From a virus (taxonomy: Duplodnaviria; Caudoviricetes), in IMG/VR virus record IMGVR_UViG_3300021387_001614, positions 32,001 through 96,000 of that record: a stretch of 64,000 bases of DNA. One strand, given 5' to 3'. The notes beneath the pieces are model-generated. The model worked only from the letters and a program-made list of their open reading frames with translations. It searched no databases and was not told where the DNA came from. The position numbers and the translations under genes are program-made. How positions within the stretch are numbered: the first letter of the stretch is position 1; every line of letters begins with the position of its first letter. Below are positions 38,892 through 48,800 of the stretch, one piece after another.

Positions 38892-39535
38892 ACAGTATAT
38901 TTTATTTACCATACTACAATTACAATGATGGTAATTTTGATAAAGACAGCGACTTTTATACAAGTAATGAGGATTATTTTGCTGCATTAAAAGCCGAAAT
39001 AGATAAAAACGATAAACTTATCGGTAGTAAAATGTCTGATTACCAAAGGGGTGGGTCATTAATGAGTGTTAATTCACAAAACGGTCAGGTATACGTTTAT
39101 GGGCAAAATCCAAGTCAACACCAAGAAGAAAATATCGCATACGCTAAATGTGATGGCATATTAATTGATGAAAATGGTAATGATGAAACCGTTGACAAGT
39201 TCTTTTCAGTTATTTTCTCGAAAGATGTTGCCATTTATATGTTAAAACTTAACATAGACAACGCTGATGAAGAATTCGAAGAAACACTTAATCTGTGGAA
39301 CGATGAACACGCAAAAATTTCATCATATGGCGTTAAACTCGGTGATGATTGGGTTTTTAAAAATGAACCCAAGAGAAATATCCTTGTAAAATTTAAAAAC
39401 AATGCAGATGAGTATCAATGTGCAATGTTAGAAAATTGTAAAATATTAGAAAAAAACGATATATCTACTTATATTATATTAGCAGAAAGAATAAAACTCA
39501 TGGAATATATTCCTGAAGAATCATTAAATCAATAA
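38888..39535 (+). CDS. Hypothetical protein
   Basis: 215-aa ORF translationally coupled to its neighbours. Confidence 0.6.
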   Translation: MNSIFYLPYYNYNDGNFDKDSDFYTSNEDYFAALKAEIDKNDKLIGSKMSDYQRGGSLMSVNSQNGQVYVYGQNPSQHQEENIAYAKCDGILIDENGNDETVDKFFSVIFSKDVAIYMLKLNIDNADEEFEETLNLWNDEHAKISSYGVKLGDDWVFKNEPKRNILVKFKNNADEYQCAMLENCKILEKNDISTYIILAERIKLMEYIPEESLNQ

Positions 39536-39539
39536 AGAT

Positions 39540-40814
39540 ATGGCAAAGAAAAAATTAACAGAAGAACAGCAAAAACAATTAAAATTATTAGAAGCAAATA
39601 ATGAAATGTACGAACGTTCAAAAAAAGAAGCGATGGAACGCGGAAGAGAGAACGCCGTTAAGCAGATAGAATTTGCACAAAATGATATAAAAGCACAGAT
39701 AGCAAAGCTTCTTAAAGGTGAAAATGTGGAATCAATGGAAATTATTAATATTGATGAAAACACACCTTCCATGACTATTACACGCAATAGCGGTGAAAAT
39801 GATGATTCTGTTTTTGAAGCCATCGAAAAGGGAAAAAAGAAAAAGGCAAAAGAAAGGAAAAGTGCAGAAAACGTAGAAAATACCGGAACTCAAAGCAACA
39901 GCGCAACTAACGTACAGTACACTAATATTGACTCAAACGTTCAGTACGACCTTGTTCCTCTGCCAAGTAACGGTGAATGTTACGAAAATAAAATAAATAG
40001 ATTACCCGTAGGGTTTTTAACCGCATACGACGAAAACTTTATTACGTCACCAAATCTTTATAGAGACGGATTGGTTATTGATTTTTTGCTCAAAAACAAA
40101 GTTTTAAGCAATGATATTGATGTTGATAACCTTGTTAAGGGTGATGTTGATGCCATTGTCCTGTTTCTTCGTGCGACAAGTTATGGCGTTGAATTTCCTG
40201 TTGTTGTAAAAGACCCTGAAACGGGTGTAAGTATCGAAACTAACATAGACCTTTCTAAGATTAAAACCAAGCCATTTAACCTTAAATCTGACGAAAACGG
40301 GCATTTTTCTTTCACACTGCCTTCGGGTGTAGAGGTTAAGTTTAAATATTTAACGAGAAAAGAGGAAAAAGACTTGGAGTTTATCTCAAATTTGGAAAAC
40401 GATGCCACTAAAACAACCACTTTACGTGCAGCCGTAAGAACAATTAAGGAATCTGCAAAAAATGACACTGTGCTATCTTCTAATGATAAGACAATTATAG
40501 ATGGACATTTAAAGGACATTGAAAAGTGGATTGATGAACTCGAAAAAGAAAACCCATCACCGTTCAATAAGACGATTACAAACAGAATGGAAATGCAAAT
40601 TGTTGCAATTAACGGTAATTATGATAAAGAATACGTAAGAAAAGCAATAATGAACATGCCTGCGGGTGAGGCATTAAAACTCAGAAGATATATTCTTGAA
40701 AATGAACCGGGATTAGACTTTGAAGTTGAAATAGAACGCCCACAGAATCTGGGAGGTGGTTCTTTCAAAACCTTTCTTGAATGGGACGATTCTATTTTCT
40801 TCAATATCGCCTGA
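39540..40814 (+). CDS. Tail/baseplate assembly chaperone (T4 gp26-like)
   Basis: VPLPSNGECY, FLTAYDENFITS, GDVDAIVLFLRATSYG, FTLPSG..VKFKYLT; ends in FF. Confidence 0.7.
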   Translation: MAKKKLTEEQQKQLKLLEANNEMYERSKKEAMERGRENAVKQIEFAQNDIKAQIAKLLKGENVESMEIINIDENTPSMTITRNSGENDDSVFEAIEKGKKKKAKERKSAENVENTGTQSNSATNVQYTNIDSNVQYDLVPLPSNGECYENKINRLPVGFLTAYDENFITSPNLYRDGLVIDFLLKNKVLSNDIDVDNLVKGDVDAIVLFLRATSYGVEFPVVVKDPETGVSIETNIDLSKIKTKPFNLKSDENGHFSFTLPSGVEVKFKYLTRKEEKDLEFISNLENDATKTTTLRAAVRTIKESAKNDTVLSSNDKTIIDGHLKDIEKWIDELEKENPSPFNKTITNRMEMQIVAINGNYDKEYVRKAIMNMPAGEALKLRRYILENEPGLDFEVEIERPQNLGGGSFKTFLEWDDSIFFNIA

Positions 40815-41043
40815 GTATGAAAGAGCACTCAAAGAAGAACTTTTTGGTTGTTTTAAATATGTTGGCATACCTTTAGACGTGTTGGATAAAATGCCCGTTA
40901 GGGATAGAAAATTTTACATAGCCAAACATAATCAATATGTAGAGCAAGAAAACCAAGCACGCAACAGTGGCAATGCGTCGTCAACAGAAGCGATAGAGGG
41001 ATTTACATCTCTTGAGCAAGACCAAATAAAAAACAGAAACTAA
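40795..41043 (+). CDS. Second chaperone segment (gp51/gpT-like), probably reached by frameshift from 39540
   Basis: ISPEYERALKEELF...LDKMPVRDRKFYI; overlaps the upstream stop and has no good ATG before the conserved part. Confidence 0.6.
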   Translation, partial: FSSISPEYERALKEELFGCFKYVGIPLDVLDKMPVRDRKFYIAKHNQYVEQENQARNSGNASSTEAIEGFTSLEQDQIKNRN

Positions 41044-41050
41044 AAATAGG

Positions 41051-41127
41051 AAAACCTACCAATATCACATGTTGGTAGGTTTTTTATATCATGGCGATAA
41101 AAAATGGCACATGAAACATGTGCCAAT
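41051..41127. terminator. Two hairpins between convergent operons
   Basis: aaacctaccaa..ttggtaggttt and tggcacatg-aaa-catgtgcca. Confidence 0.65.
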
Positions 41128-41151
41128 GCGCCAAACTCGTTGATTGTTAGA

Positions 41152-41640
41152 TTAGTATGCGAGTATTGCATAGTCAAATCTCAGCGTTGCCTGTATTGTG
41201 GCAAGGTCGCTTGAACTATAATCCAACTCACCGAAGTTTACGTTGGTTAACATGGTGTTCTTCAATATCCACTTGGAAACCACAACACCGGTAGGGTCAA
41301 GCATTTCAAGTTCAACGTCACGTTTATAACCTGCTGCGTAACCTTGTCTACCCGTAACAGATTCTGACTGTAAACGCACCCATTCCATAATTGCCTGTGA
41401 TGCTGACGGTCCAATTGGGTCACGGAAAGTCACATTTATCTGTTCCCACTGATATCTACCAACAACATATGTTGATGTGTTGATAAATGGGATTGGGGTT
41501 TCTTCTTGTGTGATAGAAGGACGGGAAGCACTTGACAGCCACCACTCTTGTATTCCTAAGTCAGCTGGAAATCTAAAAAGCCATCGGTTTTTGCGAAGCG
41601 GTTCAAACTGCAACGGCGCCTTCAAAAGTAAATCACTCAT
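41152..41640 (-). CDS. Tail tube protein (gp19-like)
   Basis: EPLRKNRW, RPSI, YVVGRYQWEQINVTFRDPI, YKRDVELEMLDPTG, FGELDYS. Confidence 0.9.
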   Translation of the reverse strand: MSDLLLKAPLQFEPLRKNRWLFRFPADLGIQEWWLSSASRPSITQEETPIPFINTSTYVVGRYQWEQINVTFRDPIGPSASQAIMEWVRLQSESVTGRQGYAAGYKRDVELEMLDPTGVVVSKWILKNTMLTNVNFGELDYSSSDLATIQATLRFDYAILAY

Positions 41641-41741
41641 TTTTCTTATTATTAATCTAGATTATTATTTTATTATAAATATATTGGTTTTTAAAAATAA
41701 AATCCGTATATTTGCAAAAACTATTTCTAAAAACAATATAA

Positions 41742-42056
41742 ATGGAAAAATACGAAATATTGACAGAGGGAAATAAATGCTTAAAAAACTCCCCCGTTTT
41801 TTTTAGGTTTCTAAAAGAAAACCAAATTTATGATAAATGGATAGAGAATAGAGCTAAATTTATTAAACATGAATTGTTAGCCAAATATCCTTGGCGAGGG
41901 ACTATATGCCACACTTATTTTCCACAAAAAGCACTTTTAACCAAATATCAAACTTCCTTTGCGTGGAATGAAACACCTGAGGGTTTTACCTATTGGGACA
42001 ATATAAATACGAGATACTTAAAATTTCTTACAGAAAATCCCATCGACACAGTTTAA
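41742..42056 (+). CDS. Hypothetical protein, moron-like
   Basis: Own TATATTTG promoter (41707) and terminator (42033-42072); FAWNETPEGFTYW motif. Confidence 0.6.
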   Translation: MEKYEILTEGNKCLKNSPVFFRFLKENQIYDKWIENRAKFIKHELLAKYPWRGTICHTYFPQKALLTKYQTSFAWNETPEGFTYWDNINTRYLKFLTENPIDTV

Positions 42057-42091
42057 GTCCGATGGGATTTTTCTCATTATTGGGAAGAAAT

Positions 42092-42478
42092 TTAAAAATC
42101 ACCAAATTCAGCCCTATTTTTCATTTGGCGTTCTTTTGCTTTTTGTATTGTTTCTTTGTCGAGTTCTCTCTTCATCAACATGTTACCCTTTGTTCTGAAA
42201 AGACGGTCTGAATTATTTTTAGCCGTACCACGTTTTTCATTTTCTCTTTCAGAATAATAAACATCAGGATTAACAATCATATTAGCCTTGCCCGCCTTTT
42301 CTTTGGCTGCTTGGTATTGACGAACAGCCTCAAGCCACGCCTTTGTTCCCTTCTTCGACCTCTTTACCCTTGCCTTAAGTGCCTCTAGGTCTTCCTCTTC
42401 TTTTATAATTCTTTTTACTGAATTACTAATAATTCTATGAAGGTCAGATTCCGTTAATCTTATAAGTTTTTTTGCCAT
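42092..42478 (-). CDS. Basic protein with N-terminal RLTESDL module
   Basis: MAKKLIRLTESDLHRIISNSVKRIIKEEE. Confidence 0.65.
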   Translation of the reverse strand: MAKKLIRLTESDLHRIISNSVKRIIKEEEDLEALKARVKRSKKGTKAWLEAVRQYQAAKEKAGKANMIVNPDVYYSERENEKRGTAKNNSDRLFRTKGNMLMKRELDKETIQKAKERQMKNRAEFGDF

Positions 42479-42493
42479 ATCTTTTTAATGTTT

Positions 42494-42865
42494 TTAATCT
42501 TTATTTCCGGTATCGGTTAGAACTTTATCGCTCTCTAAGAAGACCTTTTTGAAAAATTCATATAAACTCGATGTCGGGCTATCTGAATATTTTTTCAACC
42601 CCTCTATTGCGGTCTCTCTAATTTTACCGATAATAGGCTCATGGCGAATAACTTCATTTGCATGCATTTCTTTCTCCTCTACGCTATCACCACGTTCCAT
42701 GTCATCGTGTCCGCCACGCATTTCTCTTTCATCATAAGGCATTTCATCACCTCCACCCATTTCGGGAGAATCAGAAAATTCGTCATCAAAAACATATGCC
42801 TCGCTTAAATATTTTTTGGCTTCATTTAATGTTCTCATGAAGTCGTTTTTAATGTTTCTTCTCAT
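42494..42865 (-). CDS. Hypothetical acidic protein (start 42865, MRRNIK)
   Basis: Late motif at 42880; LNE/LSE motifs. Confidence 0.6.
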   Translation of the reverse strand: MRRNIKNDFMRTLNEAKKYLSEAYVFDDEFSDSPEMGGGDEMPYDEREMRGGHDDMERGDSVEEKEMHANEVIRHEPIIGKIRETAIEGLKKYSDSPTSSLYEFFKKVFLESDKVLTDTGNKD

Positions 42866-42924
42866 ATTTCTATTTTCTATATAAATATTATCATAAACAA
42901 AAAATGCAGCCATTCTGGCTGCAT

Positions 42925-43084
42925 TTAAGTATTTTTTAACGTTTTAGTCGATTTCCAAACATATTTAACGATTCCACAATCATATATTCTAAAAATCTCA
43001 AGTTTTTTTGTCATTTCCAATTCTGTCATCGAAAGCGGAAAACCGTATTTCTTATGAAGGATTTGCTTTCTAAAATTAAACTTA
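42925..43084 (-). pseudogene. 3' remnant of a Hef-like homing endonuclease gene
   Basis: KFNFRKQIL...MTELEM...RIYDCGIVKYVW C-terminus, cut at the IS-B left end. Confidence 0.65.
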
Positions 43085-43196
43085 GGTAATGATATAGCAG
43101 TTGGCACAAAATAGGCTGTTATACGTATAGAAATGTCCTATAAACGCTGGACTTTTCGTAAATTTGCATTATAATTTAAAAGAAAAGTTCAGCGTT

Positions 43197-44183
43197 ATGA
43201 TTAATTTCAAGAAGTTCAACAACATCATTTCACTCACAGCGTATTTCACCTCTGATGAGAAGTGCAAGCAAGCCATTGTTGAGAGCCGTTGGGGTGTTGG
43301 CAATGAACAAGACGTTGTTTGCCCATATTGTGGTAAGCATCACTGCAAAATGTCCAAGAATGGACGTTTCCATTGCACTGAGTGCAACAAGAACTTTTCT
43401 TGCCTCGTTGGTACTATCTTCGAGAACACAAAGTTGCCACTCATCAAGTGGTTCGTTGCAATGTATCTTATATCTTCTCATAAGAAGGGTATCAGTAGCC
43501 ATCAACTGAGTCGTGACCTTTCAGTTACACAGTCAACTGCTTGGTATATGCTTCAGAAGATTCGTCTTCTTTACCCTCAGAGCGATGCAGATGCATTTGA
43601 GGGTACTGTTGAGTGTGATGAGGTGTACATCGGTGGTAAGGAAAAATGGAAACATAAGTCAATGCGCACTCCCAATACCCAAGGTCGTTCCATGAAGACC
43701 AAGACTCCAGTCTTTGGTATGATGGAGCGTAGCACCTTTGAGAATGAGAAGGGTGAGATTGAGCCTATTACGTATGTCCACGCATTCGTTGTTGAGAACA
43801 CGAATAGAGCCACATTACAGCCAATCATTCAGCAGTTCGTTGCTGATGGTTCAAGAGTCATCACTGATGAACTCAATGCATACAATGGACTTGCTGAGTT
43901 AGGATATACTCACGCTGTGGTTGCCCACGGTGCTGAAGAGTATGCCAATGGTGACGTATTCACCAATAGTATTGAGGGCTTTTGGAGTCACTTCAGACGT
44001 ATGATTGTTGGCTGTTATCACGATGTGTCTGATGAGCATCTTCAGCAGTACATTGACGAGGCTGTGTATCGTTGGAATACAAGAAAAATGAGCGAATCAG
44101 AGAGATTCGCCCATATGTTCGACAAGTCAATCGGGCTTGTTCGTAGATGGAGTGAAATTAGAGTTGGTCTGATGGCTGCATAG
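43197..44183 (+). CDS. IS1595-family (ISXO2-like) DDE transposase (start 43197, MINFKKF)
   Basis: CPYC...CTEC Zn ribbon, VECDEVY, ITDE, FTNSIEGFW; homologous to 17024. Confidence 0.95.
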   Translation: MINFKKFNNIISLTAYFTSDEKCKQAIVESRWGVGNEQDVVCPYCGKHHCKMSKNGRFHCTECNKNFSCLVGTIFENTKLPLIKWFVAMYLISSHKKGISSHQLSRDLSVTQSTAWYMLQKIRLLYPQSDADAFEGTVECDEVYIGGKEKWKHKSMRTPNTQGRSMKTKTPVFGMMERSTFENEKGEIEPITYVHAFVVENTNRATLQPIIQQFVADGSRVITDELNAYNGLAELGYTHAVVAHGAEEYANGDVFTNSIEGFWSHFRRMIVGCYHDVSDEHLQQYIDEAVYRWNTRKMSESERFAHMFDKSIGLVRRWSEIRVGLMAA

Positions 44184-44196
44184 ACAAGTATAACAA

Positions 44197-45018
44197 TCAT
44201 CTACGCATTGTTTTTAATATATGTTTACCTGAACTCGTTTGCTCTAAGAAAAAGTCCATACCTTGTTCAATTGCATTGTGTATTATATCTGCCACAGTTG
44301 CATATGCACGTTCATCTAAAATCCATTTTTTTAGCCTTTCTTGATATTGGTCCATTATATTATCATATGCCATATCTGTTGCCTTAGAAACATCATTATA
44401 CAATTCATCATAGCCTGATGCTAACGACCAATGTTCTTTCAATACTCTATTTACTGATTCTTTTACTATCTGTTTCAAATCACTTTCTGTGAGCCTAATC
44501 TGTTTCTTGTTCATATTTGTATATTTTATTTCTGTTATTATTTCTGGTGTTTCGTTTGGTCTTAATACCATTACTTTTGCGTGTTTGTGAGTGTTTGCCA
44601 ATGGGTCTTTAAAACCTTTGTTTTGCCATATATTCTGAACTGCTTGATTTATTAGTGCTGCATCATTATCATCAAGTATTTGGCAGTTGTAAACATACTG
44701 TATAACCTCAAATGATTTCCTTTCACCAACAACATTTCCTTGTTTATCTTTTATTTCCATGTCTACAGACACATCAGATTTATCTTCTCCGTTTTCCGAA
44801 TAAACCACACAAGTGTTTATTGCATAGGATGGGTCATAGTCTTTGTCATACCAAGTCCACAACCAAGTTCCGTGATTTGAAATTCTTGCTTGCATAGGTC
44901 TGCTATCTTCCATCCTATAAGTTCTATAATATGAAGTGTCTCTTCTGTTTGGTTTGAAACCACCATTACGTCTAATTAACTCTATTGCTGTATTAAAATC
45001 AATCATTTTGTTAAACAT
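44197..45018 (-). CDS. IS-B passenger: unknown N-terminal domain fused to an internal RLTESDL module
   Basis: ARISNH-containing domain, then MNKKQIRLTESDLKQIVKESVNRVLKE from 44514; late motif at 45025. Confidence 0.7.
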   Translation of the reverse strand: MFNKMIDFNTAIELIRRNGGFKPNRRDTSYYRTYRMEDSRPMQARISNHGTWLWTWYDKDYDPSYAINTCVVYSENGEDKSDVSVDMEIKDKQGNVVGERKSFEVIQYVYNCQILDDNDAALINQAVQNIWQNKGFKDPLANTHKHAKVMVLRPNETPEIITEIKYTNMNKKQIRLTESDLKQIVKESVNRVLKEHWSLASGYDELYNDVSKATDMAYDNIMDQYQERLKKWILDERAYATVADIIHNAIEQGMDFFLEQTSSGKHILKTMRR

Positions 45019-45068
45019 TTCTAATATAAATAGTTTGTAAGAAAGAAAAATATTAATTTTGCAGCATT

Positions 45069-45539
45069 ATGGCAAAGCAATACAATTCACTTTCTTTTTT
45101 TGATTACCCACCAACAGAATTGTTGGGTAGCAATATCTATGAAAACTCTATTAAAAGGTTATCATTTCAATACAGAACTAAAAATGAGGATAAACTCATT
45201 GCTTATATTGCTGTATCTCAAGACAAACCTAATATAGATGTACCAAATGTAGAAAACCAAATGAATGGTTGCAGAATCTTAGGTATTTATACAGAAAATT
45301 ATCAAATAGGGCACTATCAAGTAACAGATTTACAATTATTAGGGGCTTTACTTGATGAAGCTGAGTTTTACATTAAAGGTTGGGTTAATAACCAAAATGG
45401 TCAATTCCAATTTGATTACTTGTGGTTCAATGTGGTTGATTTTGATTCACAAGATGTTGTAGAAAGAATAGATAATATGATATTGAATAATGGTATAGCA
45501 TATAAACTTATAAAAAGAAATGAGCAGCCAAATCATTGA
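45069..45539 (+). CDS. IS-B passenger, hypothetical (possible degenerate GNAT fold)
   Basis: 156 aa; KLIAYIAV...RILGIY...LLGALLDEAE...FDYLWF; TAATTTTG promoter box at 45054. Confidence 0.55.
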   Translation: MAKQYNSLSFFDYPPTELLGSNIYENSIKRLSFQYRTKNEDKLIAYIAVSQDKPNIDVPNVENQMNGCRILGIYTENYQIGHYQVTDLQLLGALLDEAEFYIKGWVNNQNGQFQFDYLWFNVVDFDSQDVVERIDNMILNNGIAYKLIKRNEQPNH

Positions 45540-45586
45540 CTGCTCATTTTAAATAAGCAATTTGTGCCAACTGCTATATTATTGCC

Positions 45587-45702
45587 TGTTTTTTACATGT
45601 AACAATTATATTGGTTTTCGGGTTAACATATACTGATTTACTATAATCGAATAAATCACCATGTTTCTCTTTTGAACGCCTTATAAATTCCTCTGTGTTC
45701 AT
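45587..45702 (-). pseudogene. 5' remnant of the same homing endonuclease gene (DUF723-like repeat)
   Basis: My translation MNTEEFIRRSKEKHGDLFDYSKSVYVNPKTNIIVTCKK runs into the IS-B right IR; intact promoter at 45721-45751. Confidence 0.7.
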
Positions 45703-45830
45703 AAAATTTTTTCCTTTTTGCAAATATACAATAAATATTTGTAAAAACAAAAAAATAGGGGCAAAAAAACTTTTTATATTAAAAAAAGTGAGAGAAAAAA
45801 TCTCTCACTTTCAAGTTATCTTCTTAACGA

Positions 45831-48800
45831 TTAAATATCGTCAAATGATACAGACTCCGGTGTTATAATAAAGTCGAGAGTGATGTACTCCAATGCATTG
45901 ATAGGTTTGAAGAATATCTTTGCTGGAAGTTCTCTGCGGTCTCTTGCCTCAGGACTGTCATCAACCTCAATTCTATAATCGGAAATACCCCTATTGCTTC
46001 TAATATTGTCAAGAATAGGCGTAACGATTGTCAGGAACTTGTTTTTAACCGTTGGGTCATTTGGCTCAAAAATGAGGTTGCGGCAACCAATTGCAATAAG
46101 TTTTCTCATTCTAAGCAAAAGTCTGCGAACAGAGATACGGTTAAGTTGTGACTCACCAATTTGTAAGTTCTTTTGCCCCCATATTTTAACTCCGTCCGTG
46201 GCAAATGTCTTAATTGGGTTAATACGTCCCTCATAAAGAACATCTTCCTCGCTAACCTTTGTTACGATACGAGCTCTAACGCAACTTACATCACCACGAT
46301 TGATACCTGCTGGTGCATACCAAGGATATGTGCTGTTGTCAGTCTTTGCAAGGTTTCTTACAACGTCCTTAGTTGGTGGCAAGTAAATGTATTGGTTATT
46401 GTCTTGGTCGAGATATTTAACCCATGGATAATACGTACAAGTATAATTAGAGTTAATTTCTGTATCCTCAAGATTAGAAACAACGTCATCTGCTGTGAAC
46501 ATTTCATCAACGAAATCACCTGCACCGCTTGGCTTATCAGGTGTTGTTACAACATAGATTGAGTCTGCACGTTCCTCTTCAATCATTTCAATAGCCTCTT
46601 CAACAAGTGTCTTATTGTTTACGTAATCAATACCCGGAGTTGCAAACACGTTAATATCAACAGCCTCAGGATTAGCAAACTGTCTAATACCTGCTAAGTA
46701 AGCGTACCAGTCAGATGTAATACCGTTCTGATTCAGTCCAATTGCTTCGGGGTCTGCGATTCTGTTAAATGAATAACCTTCACCACTGTTAACATCATAA
46801 GAACCTAAGTACTTAGAAAGTTTAAAGTCGTCTGTGTTGGTTCTCTCATCACGATATATATCCCAACCATCGAAACCGCCATAGAAATAAACAGTAAACT
46901 TACGTAAGTTAACATTCTCATAGATACTTCCCGTCATTGCTGCCTCTGTACCGATTATAGGCGCTTCTGTAAGTATGTTGGTTCTGTTGTTCTGTGACAC
47001 AGCGTCAAACTTATAACCCTTAACACCGTCAACAGTGATTTCAGGTGTTGAATCTGCGTCATAACCATCCAAGTTAAGTCTACTATCCAAGTGGAATCCG
47101 TTTGTAAGGCTTTCAGGTACGTCAATATATGCAGTTTCACCCTTATATGTAAATGCATCGATATCTACACCTACTCTTGAAGAAAGACCGAAATATTGTT
47201 TTCTGTTCTTAACATCCTCATCATAATTAAGGTTGTATTTCAAAATTGGATTAATAATGTCTTCACCATTATTCGGGTCAACGATAGGTGTTCCTGCGAA
47301 ATTAACTTGAGGATATCCTAAGAAACCTGCCGGAACAGAGTTCTCTGTGATTGAGTTCTCGTTAACCTCTACTGTAATGAACTTAGATTTGCTCTCATAA
47401 ACACCATCATAAGAACCAATCTTAAATGCAACGTAATTGTTTGTTCCCGGAACTAATGAACAACGTGAGAATTTCTCCAATGGGATTTGATATTCATCAG
47501 TATCGTCTATTCTGCGAACAACAACGTCGAATACACCCTCGTCAGGACGTACATTCTCAATAGAAACCTTAATTTCATTGTTAGATGAGTTACCATCAGA
47601 AATTGTGTGGAATCTAAACAATTTGTTAATCTCTATCTTATTGTAGTCACCCTTCAGATTAGAAACAATCCAAGGTGTTGATGCATATCTGTACGCTGAC
47701 TTGTAGTTGTTAAGGTCACAATCAACATAGGTTACATCAGTGTTTTCCGAATCTTTCATTCTATAATACAAACCGTCCTGCAAATTTTTTACAATGACCA
47801 TTTTTGTTTCATCTTCTGACTGCAACTCTTTTCCATAAACAAGTTTATCAATAACTGCAACCGTTGTTTCACCACTAGGTATTGTACTCTCATCCCAATG
47901 TCTGTAGAAATATTTGCGCTTACCGTCTGCATCTGTGTATTGTGCCACCGTATAAATTTGACCAACTTGAACATTTTCCACCTTTAATCCGTCAGTTTCA
48001 CCTGAATCCGCTATTGGTTTACCTGTTTTGAAATCATATGGGTGGCAAGTGATTGCCGGTTCGCCGTTTGCTGCATTTGCGTCAGCAAGGAACCTTTGTC
48101 CTACATTCTTTCTTGAAAGGAAATTTTCTTGTACGGTCATTATACCACCAACAGGCTCAAGACCACAATAGTCAGCAGGATAATAAACTTGATAGAATGT
48201 TAAATCGCTGTCAATACTTTCTGCGTGGAAATCAGACTCGTTAGCCTCATTAACTGCTTGTCTTAATGCAACATCATAAAGACTTTCAACGAATACGGGC
48301 GCGTCACCGTCTGATGGTGATGTACCAAGTACATTAAGAATGAAGTCCTTATCTACAGGATTAAGAGAAACAGGATACTCGAAATAACTGCTTATACCTT
48401 CTCCATCATCGGTTGCTTTTTTGTTATCTTTATCAATAGTAGCATCTTTATCGTGAACGCCTGCTATACCGATAATTTTGAAACGACCAAGATTTGTGGT
48501 GCTCACACTGAAATCGCCTGTTTCACCTGAAAACTGCCAATTATCACACTCATTACCCACTGAATAAAGTGGGTTGTAAACATCAAGTGCAAGTGCATTT
48601 GGATTGTACTGAACCGGAGTGTTGCATGTACTACCCGACTTTTTAATTTCACCAACCTCATAAACAAGGCTGTCATAATCTTCATTTGGACATTCGCACG
48701 TTCCCGTGTTTGCGTCAAACTTACGATACTTCTGATACTCTCCCCTTGAACGGAGTACGCATACTGCCATTTTCTTACCATTCTTAAGGTTTGCTGTTAC

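Larger units (their letters stand above)
43085..45586 (+). mobile_element. IS-B: IS1595-family transposon with two passenger genes (2502 bp)
   Basis: 26-bp terminal IRs, 24/26 match (ggtaatgatatagcagttggcacaaa 43085-43110; tttgtgccaactgctatattattgcc 45561-45586). Both ends break the same endonuclease gene. No target duplication. Confidence 0.9.

Noticed and set aside
43077-45594. Target-site duplication for IS-B
   Set aside because: The flanks taaactta and tgtttttt do not match.
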